A stretch of DNA of 51,854 nt, taken from the NCBI GenBank assembly GCA_963828255.1, contig CAWHDZ010000013.1:1-51854 (forward strand). Direction: 5' to 3'. The position numbers and the translations under genes are program-made. The notes beneath the pieces are model-generated. The model was not told where the DNA came from and ran no database searches. It saw only the letters and a program-made list of their open reading frames with translations. Numbering within the stretch: the stretch's first letter is position 1; each line of letters starts with the position of its first letter. Shown here piece by piece: positions 1 to 10,330 of this stretch. The stretch is from an uncultured delta proteobacterium (GTDB taxonomy: Bacteria > Myxococcota > Myxococcia > Myxococcales > Anaeromyxobacteraceae).

Positions 1-106
1 GTGAACCGGGGAGCGAAAAGTTCGCCCAGGCGAATTCCGGGGAACGTGACGCGGAGGAGACGGTCCTGCGCGGCCATTGCGCCGCCTACTTCGTAGCCGG
101 CGCCGT

Positions 107-499
107 TCACTCCTCCCGGTACACCGCCAGCGACCCCTCGTTCTCCCACACCTCCACCTTCGACACCCGGACCCGCTCGCCCTCGGTCTCCGCGATCTTT
201 CGATTTGCCTCGTCGAAGAAGTACCGGGCGATGTTCTCGGCGGTGGTGTTCAACTCGTCGAACGGAGGGATCTCGTTCACGTTCCGGTGATCGAACCGCG
301 CCCCGATCTCGGCGACGATCCGCTGAAGATCTGCGAAGTCCACCACCATGGAGAGGTGGTTCAAGCTCGAGGCCCGGGCGTGGAGCCGGATCCGCCAGTT
401 GTGGCCGTGCAACCGCTCGCACTTCCCCGGGTGGAACCGGATCTGGTGCGCGGCGCTGAACATGAAGTCCTTCGAGATCTCGTAGACGGGTACGCCCAT
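107..499 (-). CDS. queD: 6-carboxytetrahydropterin synthase (PTPS/QueD family)
   Basis: Motifs FSAAH, CERLHGHNW, VDFADL, FDH, TTAENIA, VEVWE; start placed at ATG 499. Confidence 0.9.
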   Translation of the reverse strand: MGVPVYEISKDFMFSAAHQIRFHPGKCERLHGHNWRIRLHARASSLNHLSMVVDFADLQRIVAEIGARFDHRNVNEIPPFDELNTTAENIARYFFDEANRKIAETEGERVRVSKVEVWENEGSLAVYREE

Positions 500-635
500 G
501 GCGGCGCGCAATATAGCCGCACCCCGGCGCACGCGCACCCCGTCCGGTACGTGGCCTGTCCGGCATCCGGGGGGCGACCTCCCGGCGGGAATCCGGCCCC
601 CCGCCGCGGCGTTCCCGGGTTAGCATCCGCCGCCG

Positions 636-1187
636 ATGAACACCGTCGCACAGATGGCCCTCCTGGCCGCCGCGGGAAGCGCGCTCGGGCTCGCCGCCAA
701 CGCGGTCTCGCCCCATCCGGCGGAGCTCCGGCAGCCGGTCCTGTCGGCCGCGGAATCCGGGGGCGGCGCCTGCGCCATGCCGGCCTCGGCCGCCCCCTCC
801 ACGTCCACCCCTCCCCCCTGGCGGCCGGTCCGCATCGGCGTGGACGAGGCCAAGGGGCTCTGCACCGCCTGCCTGGCCGGCTTCGTGGACGCCCGCGGCC
901 CGCACGAGTTCGCCCACGGCCACATCCAGAACGCCGTCCACCTGCCCGCGGCCGGCCACCCCGACGAGGCCGCGGTCGTCGCCCAGCTCCGCACCTACCC
1001 GCTCGTGGTGGTCTACGACGGGGATTACAGCTGCGCCGTGGCCGACGACGTCGCCGGGCGGCTGCGGCGCGCCGGGCTTCCCGACGTGCGGGTCCTCCAG
1101 GGAGCCTGGCCCGCCTGGGTCGCCGCCCAGGGGCCGTCGGCGGCGGGCATGTGCGGCGCCTGCGGCGCGGAGGCGTTCGGGAAATGA
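636..1187 (+). CDS. Exported rhodanese-like domain protein
   Basis: N-terminal hydrophobic signal; VDARGPHEFAHGHIQNA and LQGAWPAW rhodanese motifs; C-terminal CGAC. Confidence 0.8.
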   Translation: MNTVAQMALLAAAGSALGLAANAVSPHPAELRQPVLSAAESGGGACAMPASAAPSTSTPPPWRPVRIGVDEAKGLCTACLAGFVDARGPHEFAHGHIQNAVHLPAAGHPDEAAVVAQLRTYPLVVVYDGDYSCAVADDVAGRLRRAGLPDVRVLQGAWPAWVAAQGPSAAGMCGACGAEAFGK

Positions 1188-1627
1188 AGCTCCTCGCCCG
1201 TGCCGCGCGCATCATCCTCGGCGCGCTCTTCCTCTGGGCCTCGGTCACCAAGGTCCCGGACATGGCCGCCTTCGCGGAGGGCGTCGCCAACTACCGGATC
1301 GTCCCCCCGTCGCTCGTGCCGGTGGTGGCGGCGGCCGTGGTCGGCGTGGAGATCGCGGCCGGCGTCGCCCTCATGCTGAGCGTGTGGGCCCGGGCCGCGG
1401 CCCTCGTGCTCGCGGCCCTCCTCGCGGTCTTCACCGTCGGTCTCGCGAGCGCCCTGGCCCGCGGGATCGATCTCGCCTGCGGCTGCTTCGGCGGGACCGA
1501 CGCGGCTACCTGGTGGACCGTGCTGCGCGACCTCGCGCTGCTGGCCTGGGCCCTCGGGGTGGCGGCCTCGTCGCCTTCACCCCCGCCTTCCCCTTCCCCG
1601 GCCCTCGACCCGGCGCGCGCGCCCTGA
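1184..1627 (+). CDS. MauE/DoxX-family membrane protein
   Basis: ATGA overlap with upstream gene; 4 hydrophobic helices; RGIDLACGCFG motif. Confidence 0.85.
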   Translation: MKLLARAARIILGALFLWASVTKVPDMAAFAEGVANYRIVPPSLVPVVAAAVVGVEIAAGVALMLSVWARAAALVLAALLAVFTVGLASALARGIDLACGCFGGTDAATWWTVLRDLALLAWALGVAASSPSPPPSPSPALDPARAP

Positions 1628-2285
1628 TCGGGGCCAGCTCCAGAAAGTACTGGTAGGGCAGGAAGCGCCGCTCCCGGGCCACCTCGAGCCCGGCTCTGCG
1701 CGCCTCGGCGGCGACCTCGGTCCGGGAGATCTTGTGCCCCGGCGGCGGCCCGACCGGCAGCTCCCGCTTGTGGAAGTCCACGATCACGATGCGTCCGCCG
1801 GCCGCGAGCCTTCCAGCCAGCCGCTTCAGATACCCGGCCCCGTCCGGGAAGTGGTGGAACGCATTCACCACGAGGATGACCTGGCAGCGCCGCGGCGGGA
1901 GCGCGCCGCGCCGCGCGTCGGAGAGGATGGGGTGGACGTTCTCGATCCCCGACTCCCCGATGCGCTTCCCGATCTCCTCGATCATCCTCTGGTCCACATC
2001 GATGGCGTAGACGGCGCCTTCGGGGCCGACGGCGCGGGCCATCCGCAGCGCCAGGTAGCCCGTTCCCGCGCCCACGTCGCAGGCCACGTCGCCCGGACGG
2101 AGCGCCAGCGCCTCGACGACCCGGTCGGGCATCTGCCAGGCCTTCCGCTCGGGGTCCTCGAGCTTGCCCAGGTAGCGGGCGAAGTCCTCCGGGTTCCTGT
2201 GCTTGTCATACGGCCCGTGCGAATGGCCGTGCTCGTGATCGTGATCGTGGTCGTGCTGGTGCCCGTGACCGTGCATGTCTCTCAC
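1506..2285 (-). CDS. Class I SAM-dependent methyltransferase with His-rich N-terminus
   Basis: DVGAGTGY motif I, YAIDVD, NAFHH, GGRIVIVDF. Confidence 0.85.
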   Translation of the reverse strand: MRDMHGHGHQHDHDHDHEHGHSHGPYDKHRNPEDFARYLGKLEDPERKAWQMPDRVVEALALRPGDVACDVGAGTGYLALRMARAVGPEGAVYAIDVDQRMIEEIGKRIGESGIENVHPILSDARRGALPPRRCQVILVVNAFHHFPDGAGYLKRLAGRLAAGGRIVIVDFHKRELPVGPPPGHKISRTEVAAEARRAGLEVARERRFLPYQYFLELAPIRARAPGRGPGKGKAGVKATRPPPRGPRPAARGRAARSTR

Positions 2286-2920
2286 CTCTTTCTCATCTCC
2301 GTCGCGTCCAGGAACCTTCGCACGACGACCGCCGGATCGGGAGCGTCGAGCCAGGCCCGGATCGCGGCCAGCCCGTGCGCCCCTGCGGCGACGACCTCCG
2401 GCGCGTTCTCGACCTCCACCCCGCCCAGCCCCACGAGCGGCAGCCCCAGCAGGGCTGCCTCCCGCAGCGGGCCGAGCCCGACCGGCGGGCCGTACCCCCG
2501 TTTCGACGGCGTCTCGAAGACCGGGCCGAAGGTCGCGAAATCAGCGCCGGCAGCCTTCGCCCGCTCCACGTCGGCGGCGGAGTGGCAGGAGACGCCGACG
2601 AGACGCCCGCTTCCGACCAGCCGCCGGGCATCCCCCGGCGGGATCCCGGCCGCGGGCAGGTGGACACCGTCCGCGCCGGCCGCCACCGCCACGTCCAACC
2701 GATCGTTGACGAGGAGGAGCTGGCCCGCCTCCGAGACGACCACCCGGAGTGCACGGGCCATGTCCAGCAGTTCCCGTCCGGTGGCTCCGCGCGCACGGAG
2801 CTGGACGGCCACCCCGCCGGGCGGAGATCCCCGCAGGGCCGCCGCCGTGTGCGCCACGAGCCGACTGCCCCAGGAGGGGTCGGTGACGAGGTAGACACGC
2901 GGAGGGCGCGGGGGCATCAT
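2282..2920 (-). CDS. thiE: Thiamine-phosphate synthase
   Basis: YLVTD, VQLR, VNDRLDVA, GVHL, GVSCHS, FGPVFETPSK, LGG motifs. Confidence 0.9.
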   Translation of the reverse strand: MMPPRPPRVYLVTDPSWGSRLVAHTAAALRGSPPGGVAVQLRARGATGRELLDMARALRVVVSEAGQLLLVNDRLDVAVAAGADGVHLPAAGIPPGDARRLVGSGRLVGVSCHSAADVERAKAAGADFATFGPVFETPSKRGYGPPVGLGPLREAALLGLPLVGLGGVEVENAPEVVAAGAHGLAAIRAWLDAPDPAVVVRRFLDATEMRKR

Positions 2921-2961
2921 TCGGCGGCTTTCGCACCGAGCATGCCCGAGAGGTCACCTCC

Positions 2962-3771
2962 TTGAACAGCGACGTGAGCACCCTCCTCGATTTCCTGGAA
3001 GCGCAGCGGGCCAAGCAGGCCCCCCACTTCCCGACCGTGAAGTTCGACAAGGTGCTCACCTTCATGGGCACCACCAGCCTACCGGGCACGCACGCCGCGG
3101 TGGCCGTCCTGCCGATCGTCCGGCTCCAGCCCGGCGCCTCGCCCTCCGAGATGCGCGTCCACCTCCGCGGCCGCCTGCCGCGCGCGCTGGCCCGCAACGA
3201 GTGCGTCACCGTCCACGTGGACAAGGTGGACCAGTACCAGGGGTACCAGATCAAGTCCCGGCCGCTCTCCGGCGCCGGCTCCGAGACCCAGGTCTTCGAG
3301 GCCAGCGGCGACGACCTGGTCGTGGAGGGGCGGCAGATCTACACGGTCCACCACAGCCCATACACCATGAAGTTCTTCGAGCAGATCCCCTACGACGAGG
3401 TCGAGCAGACCGTGGGGAGCGTGAAGTACGCCTTCGTCGGGATGGGCGAGACCGCCAACATCTCGCCCCGCTTCGTCTTCCACCACGAGAGCAAGCTCGA
3501 CCGCCTGGTCCTCTTCCACGGCGACGGCCTGGCGCTCAAGACCTACATGAACCTGAAGCACAACCGGCAGGAGACCCGGATCGTGGTGGACCTCGACACC
3601 TTCGAGGGCTGGGCGCTGCAGGGGACGGTCGAGGAGTTCGCCCCCCACCAGCACCCGGCCGCCTACGACCGCATCTGCCAGGGATTCGCCGCCGGAAACT
3701 GGGGGCGCCCGTCGCGGGTCTTCCGGTTCGTGGCCGACCGCTTCGAGAAGATCGCGCCGTTCCGCGGGTAG
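2962..3771 (+). CDS. Hypothetical protein, probable pyridoxamine-5'-phosphate-oxidase-like (FMN split-barrel) domains
   Basis: Strong coding bias; NISPR...KTYMNLKHN...GWALQG pattern, with a similar GYQIK motif in the N-half. Confidence 0.55.
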   Translation: MNSDVSTLLDFLEAQRAKQAPHFPTVKFDKVLTFMGTTSLPGTHAAVAVLPIVRLQPGASPSEMRVHLRGRLPRALARNECVTVHVDKVDQYQGYQIKSRPLSGAGSETQVFEASGDDLVVEGRQIYTVHHSPYTMKFFEQIPYDEVEQTVGSVKYAFVGMGETANISPRFVFHHESKLDRLVLFHGDGLALKTYMNLKHNRQETRIVVDLDTFEGWALQGTVEEFAPHQHPAAYDRICQGFAAGNWGRPSRVFRFVADRFEKIAPFRG

Positions 3772-3784
3772 CCGGGCTTCACGG

Positions 3785-4576
3785 CTACCGGGGCGAACCC
3801 ACCAGCCCGGTCATCGGGCTCGACGCCGCGGCGTGGAGCCGCATGGGCATGCGCCCGGCCAGGAAGGCCTTGCGCCCCGCCGACACCCCGTCCCGCATGG
3901 CCTCGGCCATGAGCACCGCGTCGCCCGCCTCGGCGATGGCGGTGTTCATGAGGACGGCCACCGCGCCCAGCTCCATGGCGATCGCGGCGTCGCTGGCCGT
4001 TCCGACCCCGGCGTCCACCAGCACCGGCACCCTCACCGTCTCCATGATGATGCGCAGGTTGTAGGGGTTGCGGATGCCCAGCCCCGAGCCGATGGGCGCG
4101 CCGAGCGGCATGACCGCAGCGCAGCCCACGTCCTCGAGCCGCTTCGCGGTGACCGGGTCGTCGTTGGTGTACGGGAGGACGGTGAAGCCCTCCTTCACCA
4201 GCACGGCGGCCGCCTCGACGAGCCCCACCACGTCGGGGAAGAGGGTGCGCCGGTCGCCGATGACCTCGAGCTTCACGAGATCGCCCATGTCGAGTTCGCG
4301 GCCGAGCCGCGCCGTCCGCACCGCCTCGTCGGCGGTGAAGCAGGCCGCCGTGTTGGGGAGCAGCTTCATGCCCTTCGGGATCCAGGAGAGGAGCGACGCC
4401 TCCCCCTGCTTCGAGAGGTCGAGCCGGCGGACGGCGACCGTGACCACCTCGGCGCCCGAGGCGACGAGCGCCCGCTGCATGGTGGGGAAGTCGGCGTACT
4501 TGCCGGTGCCCACGAGCAGGCGGCTCGTGAAGGCGTGCTTGCCAATCGACCAAATGTCCGCCGCGCGCGTCTCCAC
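3785..4576 (-). CDS. thiG: Thiazole synthase
   Basis: [54 protein letters not shown]. Confidence 0.95.
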   Translation of the reverse strand: METRAADIWSIGKHAFTSRLLVGTGKYADFPTMQRALVASGAEVVTVAVRRLDLSKQGEASLLSWIPKGMKLLPNTAACFTADEAVRTARLGRELDMGDLVKLEVIGDRRTLFPDVVGLVEAAAVLVKEGFTVLPYTNDDPVTAKRLEDVGCAAVMPLGAPIGSGLGIRNPYNLRIIMETVRVPVLVDAGVGTASDAAIAMELGAVAVLMNTAIAEAGDAVLMAEAMRDGVSAGRKAFLAGRMPMRLHAAASSPMTGLVGSPR

Positions 4577-4578
4577 CG

Positions 4579-4779
4579 CTACCCCCCTCCGACGAAGGCC
4601 ACGATCTCGACCGCGTCGCCACCGTGGAGCACGTGCCCCTCGTGGCTGTCCCGGGTGACGACGGTCTCGTTCACCTCGACCGCGACGCGCGGCGCCTTCA
4701 CGCCGAGCAGCAGGAGGAGCCCCGAGACGGTGGTCCCGTCGGCCACCTCGCGAATCTCGCCGTTGATGGAGATCTGCAT
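4579..4779 (-). CDS. thiS: Sulfur carrier protein ThiS
   Basis: 66 aa, MQISINGE...VAVEVN...[10 protein letters not shown]-terminal GG; directly upstream of thiG. Confidence 0.95.
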   Translation of the reverse strand: MQISINGEIREVADGTTVSGLLLLLGVKAPRVAVEVNETVVTRDSHEGHVLHGGDAVEIVAFVGGG

Positions 4780-4836
4780 CGGGGGCGGATCTACAGCGCC
4801 GGGGGCCCGAAGGCAATCGGCGTGGTAGAGTCGCCG

Positions 4837-7497
4837 GTGGCCCTCACCCCCTTCCACCAGCTCGTCGCCGCCGAGACCCTCACCGCACGCGGAGGGGTCG
4901 GGACGGCCCGCCTGGCGCCCGCCCTGGCCCACGCCTCCCTCGACCTGAACCCCCACCAGGTGGAGGCCGCCGCCTTCGCGCTCTCGGCCCTGTCCACCGG
5001 CGGGGCGGTCCTGGCCGACGAGGTGGGGCTCGGCAAGACCATCGAGGCGGGGCTCGTGCTCGCCCAGCTGGCGTCGGAGGGGCGCGACCGGGCCGTGGTG
5101 CTCGTGCCGGCGTCGCTCCGCAACCAGTGGCGCGACGAGCTGCGGTCGCGCTTCGGCCTGGCCGCCGAGGTCGTGGACGGCGAGAGCGCCCGCGCCCATC
5201 CCGGGAACCCCTTCGACCGGCCCGGCATCGTCATCGTCTCCACCGCCTTCGCCGCCCTGCGCGCCGACGAGCTGGCGCGCGTGCCCTGGGATCTCGCCGT
5301 GCTCGACGAGGCCCACCGGATGCGCAACGCCTGGCGGAAGGACCACCGCACCGGGCAGGCGCTGCGCCGCGCCCTGCGCCGGACGCCCAAGCTGCTGCTC
5401 ACCGCCACCCCGCTGCAGAACGACCTGATGGAGCTGCTCGGCCTGGCCTCCTTCCTCGACGAGACCCTGCTCGGTGACGAGGACTCCTTCCGGCTCCGCT
5501 ACGCCACCGGGGAGCTGACCGGGGAGCGCGCCGCCAATCTCCAGGCCCGTCTCGCACCGGTGGTCTTCCGCACGCTGCGCCGGCAGGTGAAGGAGTACGT
5601 CCGCTTCACCGCGCGCCGATCGATGGTGGAGGACTTCGCCCCCTCCCCGGAGGAGCAGGCCCTCTACGACCGGGTGAGCGAGTACCTGCGCCGCGAGGAC
5701 GCGGTGGCCATCCCGCCGGCACGGCGGGCCCTGCTCGTCCTGGTGTACCGGAAGATCCTGGCCTCCTCCTCCTTCGCGCTGGCGAGCACGCTCGACCGGC
5801 TGGCCGACTCCCTCGCGCAGAGGCTGGCCGGCGCCGGGGCCGTGGCGGCCGAGTGCCCGGAACTGGCCGGCTTCGCCGAGGAGGCGGAGGAGTGGGAGGA
5901 GCGGGCCGGAGCCGCACCGAGGCGCGCCCCGTCGCTGCGCCGGATCATGGAGACGGAGCTGGCCGAGCTGCGCGCCTGCGCCGCCTCCGCACGGGCCATC
6001 CGCGTGAACGCCAAGGGGGAGGCGCTGTCGCGGGGGCTCGACCGGGCCTTCACCGTGGCGCGGGCCTGCGCCTGGCCGGAGAAGGCGGTGATCTTCACCG
6101 AGTTCCGGCGCACCCAGGACTACCTGCGCGAGCTGCTCGCGGCGCGGGGCTTGTCGGTCACCTGCCTCTCCGGGGATGCCGGGTCGGCCGACCGGCGGCA
6201 GGCGCTGGTCGAGGAGTTCCGCGACCGGTCCCAGATCCTCCTCATGACCGAGGCCGGGGCCGAGGGGTTGAACCTCCAGTTCTGCAACCTGGTGGTGAAC
6301 TACGACCTCCCCTGGAACCCGCAGCGCATCGAGCAGCGCATCGGGCGCTGCCACCGCTACGGCCAGGAGCGCGACGTCCTGGTGGTGAACTTCCTCAACC
6401 GGCGCAACGCCGCCGACGCGCGCCTCTACGACCTGCTGGGCGAGAAGCTGGCCCTCTTCGACGGCGTCTTCGGCTCCTCCGACGAGGTGCTGGGGGCGCT
6501 GGGCAGCGGCGTGGACTTCGAGCGGCGGGTGCTCGACATCTACCAGTCCTGCCGGACCTCCGCGGAGATCGACCGGGCCTTCGACGAGCTGCGCCTCGAC
6601 CTCGACGGCCGCATCGGGGCGCGGCTTTCGGCCGCGCGCTCGCTCCTCTTCGAGCACTTCGACGGGGACGTGCGGGCGCGGATGCGCCTCACCGAGCGCG
6701 AGGCCGGGGAGGCGGTGCGCCGCCGCGCCGCCGACGAGGAGGCGCTGGTGCGGTCGGTGCTGGACGCGGGCTCCGACCTCTCCGTGCCGGCACGCCGCGG
6801 CCGCCTGGCCCTCGCCGCCGCCGAGGCAGTGCGGGCGCGCCCGGCCGAGGCCGTCCACCGGATCGAGGTGGACTCGGGCTCGCTCCCGGCCCGGCTCGGC
6901 CACCTGGCGGGGCGCGAGGGCTGGTGGTTCGCCTGGCGCCTCAGCTTCGAGGGGCTCGTCCCCGAGGAGCGGGTCGTCCACCTCGTCCTCCGGCAGGAGG
7001 GCGACGGCTGGGCGGTGCTCGACTCCGCCGACGCGGCCCTCTTCGCAGCCCTGCCCGCCCGGGCCGGCTCCGGCGCACCGGGTGGCGCCGCGCCGCTCGG
7101 CTCGCTCCCCGAGGAGGCGGTGGCGCGCCTCTCCGCGGCCGCCCGCGACGAGGTCGTGGCCCGCTCCGACGCCGCGATCGACCTCGCCCGGGAGCGCTGG
7201 GACCGGTCGATCGAGGACGGGCTCGAGGCCCCGCGCCAGGCCGCCGACGCGGCGCGCGCGGAGTGGGGACGTGCCCGCGCCGCGCTCCACGACCCGGCGA
7301 GCACACTGCCCCTCCCCGATCGCCGCGGACACGTCGAGCGGGCCGAGCGGGAATACCGGCGAAGGCTCGACGCGCTGCGCGGCGCCGAGTCGCTCCGCCA
7401 CGCCGAGAAGGACCGGGCCATCGGGGAGATGCGCCGCCGGGCCGAGGTCCGGGGACGGCGCAAGCTGGTCGCCACCGCCTGGTGGCGCTGCACCTGA
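4837..7497 (+). CDS. SNF2/RapA-like SF2 helicase with long helical C-terminal region
   Basis: [49 protein letters not shown]. Confidence 0.9.
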   Translation: MALTPFHQLVAAETLTARGGVGTARLAPALAHASLDLNPHQVEAAAFALSALSTGGAVLADEVGLGKTIEAGLVLAQLASEGRDRAVVLVPASLRNQWRDELRSRFGLAAEVVDGESARAHPGNPFDRPGIVIVSTAFAALRADELARVPWDLAVLDEAHRMRNAWRKDHRTGQALRRALRRTPKLLLTATPLQNDLMELLGLASFLDETLLGDEDSFRLRYATGELTGERAANLQARLAPVVFRTLRRQVKEYVRFTARRSMVEDFAPSPEEQALYDRVSEYLRREDAVAIPPARRALLVLVYRKILASSSFALASTLDRLADSLAQRLAGAGAVAAECPELAGFAEEAEEWEERAGAAPRRAPSLRRIMETELAELRACAASARAIRVNAKGEALSRGLDRAFTVARACAWPEKAVIFTEFRRTQDYLRELLAARGLSVTCLSGDAGSADRRQALVEEFRDRSQILLMTEAGAEGLNLQFCNLVVNYDLPWNPQRIEQRIGRCHRYGQERDVLVVNFLNRRNAADARLYDLLGEKLALFDGVFGSSDEVLGALGSGVDFERRVLDIYQSCRTSAEIDRAFDELRLDLDGRIGARLSAARSLLFEHFDGDVRARMRLTEREAGEAVRRRAADEEALVRSVLDAGSDLSVPARRGRLALAAAEAVRARPAEAVHRIEVDSGSLPARLGHLAGREGWWFAWRLSFEGLVPEERVVHLVLRQEGDGWAVLDSADAALFAALPARAGSGAPGGAAPLGSLPEEAVARLSAAARDEVVARSDAAIDLARERWDRSIEDGLEAPRQAADAARAEWGRARAALHDPASTLPLPDRRGHVERAEREYRRRLDALRGAESLRHAEKDRAIGEMRRRAEVRGRRKLVATAWWRCT

Positions 7498-7516
7498 TAG
7501 GATCCCTGGCCGGCTC

Positions 7517-8920
7517 ATGGCCCTCCACCCCGAGCTCCTCGACCGGCCTCCCTCCGAGGGAGCGCGAACCGTCGTCCTGGCCTTCCTCGCCGAGGCGCGC
7601 GAGCGGGCCGGACGGATGGGAGACCCCGGCGACGAGGAGGCCCTGCACGACTTCCGGGTCTCGGTCCGCCGGCTGCGGTCCGCGCTGCGCGCCTGGCGCG
7701 ACGTCCTGGGCGGCGCGGTGCGGGGCAAGGACCTGCGCCGGCTGCGCCGCGTGGCCCGGGCCACCGGCGACGCGCGCGACGCCGAGGTGCTGCTCGCCTG
7801 GATCGCCCGGGCCGGCGAGGAGCTCCCGCCCGCCCACCGCGCCGCGGCCGGGTGGCTCTCCCGGAGGCTCGCTCCGCAGGCCGGACGTTCCGACCTCTCC
7901 TCCACCGTGGAGCGGTTCGTCGAGGCCGCCGACTCCCTGTCGCGCCGCCTGAAGCACGAGCGTCCGCCTCCCTCCCGGGAGACCTTCGGCGAGGCCATCG
8001 CGGCGCGGATCCGGGAGCAGGTGGCCGCGGTGGCGTCCTGGCTCTCCCGGGTGGAGACCCCCGCCGATGCCCCGCTGGCCCACCGCGCCCGCATCGAGGG
8101 GAAGCGGCTGCGCTACCTCCTCGAGCCGCTCCGCGACACCCCCGGTGCCGACGCGGCCGGCGCGGTGAAGGCCCTGAAGAGGTTCCAGGACCTCCTCGGG
8201 GAGCTCAACGACGCGCTCGTCGCCGGCGAGGTCATCCGGGTGGCGCGCCACGACGCCGAGGCCGAGCGGCTCCGCGAGGAGGAGCCGGGCCACGGGCCCG
8301 GCCTGCGCCCGGGACTGCTGGCGCTCGAGCTCGGGTCGGAGCGGCGCGCGGCGGCGGCGTACGAGCAGCTCCGGCGGGAGGTGCTCTCCGGCGAGGGGAG
8401 CGCCTCGCTCGACCCGGCGCTGGCCGTGGCGGAGGCGCTCGTCGCAAACGCCGCGCGGCACGGGCCGGAGAGCCCGGAGTCCCGCCACCTGCTCGACTCC
8501 CTGCCTCCCGGGGCGAGGGAGTGGCCCGGCGCGGTGGAGGAGGAGGCCGGCTGGCTCCCCGACTCGGCGGGGCGGGAGGGCTTCCGCCTCCTGCGCAGCG
8601 GCTCGGGCGATCGCTTCTTCCGGGAGGTCGCCTCCGGGCCGGGAAGGCGGCGCGGCGCGGTCCGCGAGCCGGTGGATGCCGCCACCTTCGAGGCCTACTG
8701 GCCGCTCACCGAGGGGCGGCGCCTCCACCGCGTCCGCAGGATCGATCCCTCCGGGAGCGGCTGGCGGGTGGACGAGTACCTCGACCGCGCGCTCGCGCTC
8801 GCGGTGGGGCCGGCCGACGCCGGGCCGCCCGGGTGGCTCGAGCAGGTCCGCGTGCGCGACGTCTCGGGGGAGCGGGCCTACCGCGACGAGGTCATCGCGC
8901 GGAGGGCGCGGCGCACCTGA
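7517..8920 (+). CDS. CHAD domain protein with degenerate CYTH-like C-terminus
   Basis: EALHDFRVSVRRLRS, RDAEV, HRARIEGKRLRY, QDLLGELND; C-terminal WPLTEGRR...WRVDEY. Confidence 0.85.
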   Translation: MALHPELLDRPPSEGARTVVLAFLAEARERAGRMGDPGDEEALHDFRVSVRRLRSALRAWRDVLGGAVRGKDLRRLRRVARATGDARDAEVLLAWIARAGEELPPAHRAAAGWLSRRLAPQAGRSDLSSTVERFVEAADSLSRRLKHERPPPSRETFGEAIAARIREQVAAVASWLSRVETPADAPLAHRARIEGKRLRYLLEPLRDTPGADAAGAVKALKRFQDLLGELNDALVAGEVIRVARHDAEAERLREEEPGHGPGLRPGLLALELGSERRAAAAYEQLRREVLSGEGSASLDPALAVAEALVANAARHGPESPESRHLLDSLPPGAREWPGAVEEEAGWLPDSAGREGFRLLRSGSGDRFFREVASGPGRRRGAVREPVDAATFEAYWPLTEGRRLHRVRRIDPSGSGWRVDEYLDRALALAVGPADAGPPGWLEQVRVRDVSGERAYRDEVIARRARRT

Positions 8921-9859
8921 TCAGGGCCGGGCCAGCGGCACCCGCACGCGGAGCGCACCGGGGAGCAGGGTCCAGCGGGCCGGCAGCCGCCCGGGCTGCT
9001 CGCCGTCCACGTCGAGCAGCACCTCGGCACCGTCCACCGGCTCGGCCTCGACGACCCGCCCCCGCAGGCAGCGGGTGTTGCGGAGCTTCACGTGGGTCCC
9101 GTCGTAGAGCATGCCCCGCTTGGTCAGGAAGTCGGTGAAGCCGAGCCCCTTCCAGACGGTGAGGTCGAGCAGGCCGTCGTCCATGCGGGCCCCGGGGGCG
9201 ACCATCATGCCCGCGCCGAAGTAGCGCCCGTTGCAGACCGCGACGGCGGTGATCCGCTCCTCGGTCCACTCCCCGCCGTCCACCCTCCAGCGCACCGGCT
9301 GGTCGCGGTAGCCGAGCAGCGCCTTCGCGCTGGCCAGCGTGTAGGTGAGCTTGCCACCGCCCAGGTGCCCGCCGCGCGCCAGTTCCCGGACCACCCTCCC
9401 CGACACCCCGAAGCTGGAGACGTTCACGAAGTGGCGCCGCTGCGGGGAGCCGTCGTGCCCGGTGAACTCCACGAGCCCCACGTCGCAGGTGACGGTGACC
9501 CCGACGGCCAGCGCCCGGGCCGCCTCCTCCGGGGTCCCGGGCCAGCCCAGCGACCGGCGCAGGTCGCCGCCGGTGCCGTGCGGGATGCAGCCGAAGAGCA
9601 CCTCCGGCTCGACCACCTTGCCGGCCCCGGTCAGGCCGTCCACCACCTCGCTGGCGGTGCCGTCCCCGCCCACCGCCACCACCATCCGCTCCCCGCTCCG
9701 CGCGGCGTCGCGGGCGATGTCCACCGCCTCGCCCTGGCGCGTGGTGAAGACCGCCTGGAAGTCCCCGTGGGAGTCCTTCACCGCGCGTGCAATGCGGTCG
9801 AAGTGGCGGCCGGTGCGGCCGCCCCCGCTGGCGGGGTTCACGATGAGGAAAGGTCGCAG
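8921..9859 (-). CDS. Diacylglycerol/lipid kinase family protein (YegS/DgkB-like)
   Basis: IVNPASGGG, VGGDGT, GTGGD, NGRYFGAGM, DDGLLD, VDGE; probable CTG start at 9859. Confidence 0.9.
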   Translation of the reverse strand: MRPFLIVNPASGGGRTGRHFDRIARAVKDSHGDFQAVFTTRQGEAVDIARDAARSGERMVVAVGGDGTASEVVDGLTGAGKVVEPEVLFGCIPHGTGGDLRRSLGWPGTPEEAARALAVGVTVTCDVGLVEFTGHDGSPQRRHFVNVSSFGVSGRVVRELARGGHLGGGKLTYTLASAKALLGYRDQPVRWRVDGGEWTEERITAVAVCNGRYFGAGMMVAPGARMDDGLLDLTVWKGLGFTDFLTKRGMLYDGTHVKLRNTRCLRGRVVEAEPVDGAEVLLDVDGEQPGRLPARWTLLPGALRVRVPLARP

Positions 9860-9880
9860 GACGGCCTCCGGCGCGGGAGT

Positions 9881-10330
9881 CTACCGGGGTTCACCGGGGG
9901 GCGCCTGCCGCGGCGCGTCGAGGTCCACCGAGCGGGCGGCCAGCAGCCGGACCAGCCGGGTGATGGGCACGCCGGTGGGGCAGAGGGTCTCGCATCCCGT
10001 GCAGGTGGTGCAGGCGGCCAGCGCGTCGCCCGAGCGGGCCAGCATCTCGTCGCTCTTCCCGAGGAGCCGGAAGGCGGCGTGGAGCCCCAGGGAGCGGACC
10101 GCCGGGATGGCCGCCCGCATGGTGCAGCCCGACTCGCACAGCCCGCAGCAGATGCAGGCGCTGGCCGCCTCGGCGGCCGCGCGGACGTCCTCGCCGGTGG
10201 GGGCGAGCCGCTCCACCGCGTAGCTGGCCAGGAAGCGCTCCTCGCCGGTGCCGCGGCGTCCGATGGCGCGGAGCGGGTGGGACACGGCGGCCCGCCAGGC
10301 CAGCCAGGCGTAGCTGCGGACCTTGCTCAC
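9881..10330 (-). CDS. Small 2x[4Fe-4S] protein (GlpC N-terminal-like)
   Basis: CICCGLCESGC and CTTCTGCETLCP; GTGA overlap with the glpB-like gene. Confidence 0.75.
   Translation of the reverse strand: MSKVRSYAWLAWRAAVSHPLRAIGRRGTGEERFLASYAVERLAPTGEDVRAAAEAASACICCGLCESGCTMRAAIPAVRSLGLHAAFRLLGKSDEMLARSGDALAACTTCTGCETLCPTGVPITRLVRLLAARSVDLDAPRQAPPGEPR

Noticed and set aside
1..77. Possible gene start MAAQDRLLRV on the minus strand
   Set aside because: Too short at the window edge, with no recognisable motif
4780..4836. TPP riboswitch upstream of thiS
   Set aside because: Only 57 bp of intergenic space and no CUGAGA core
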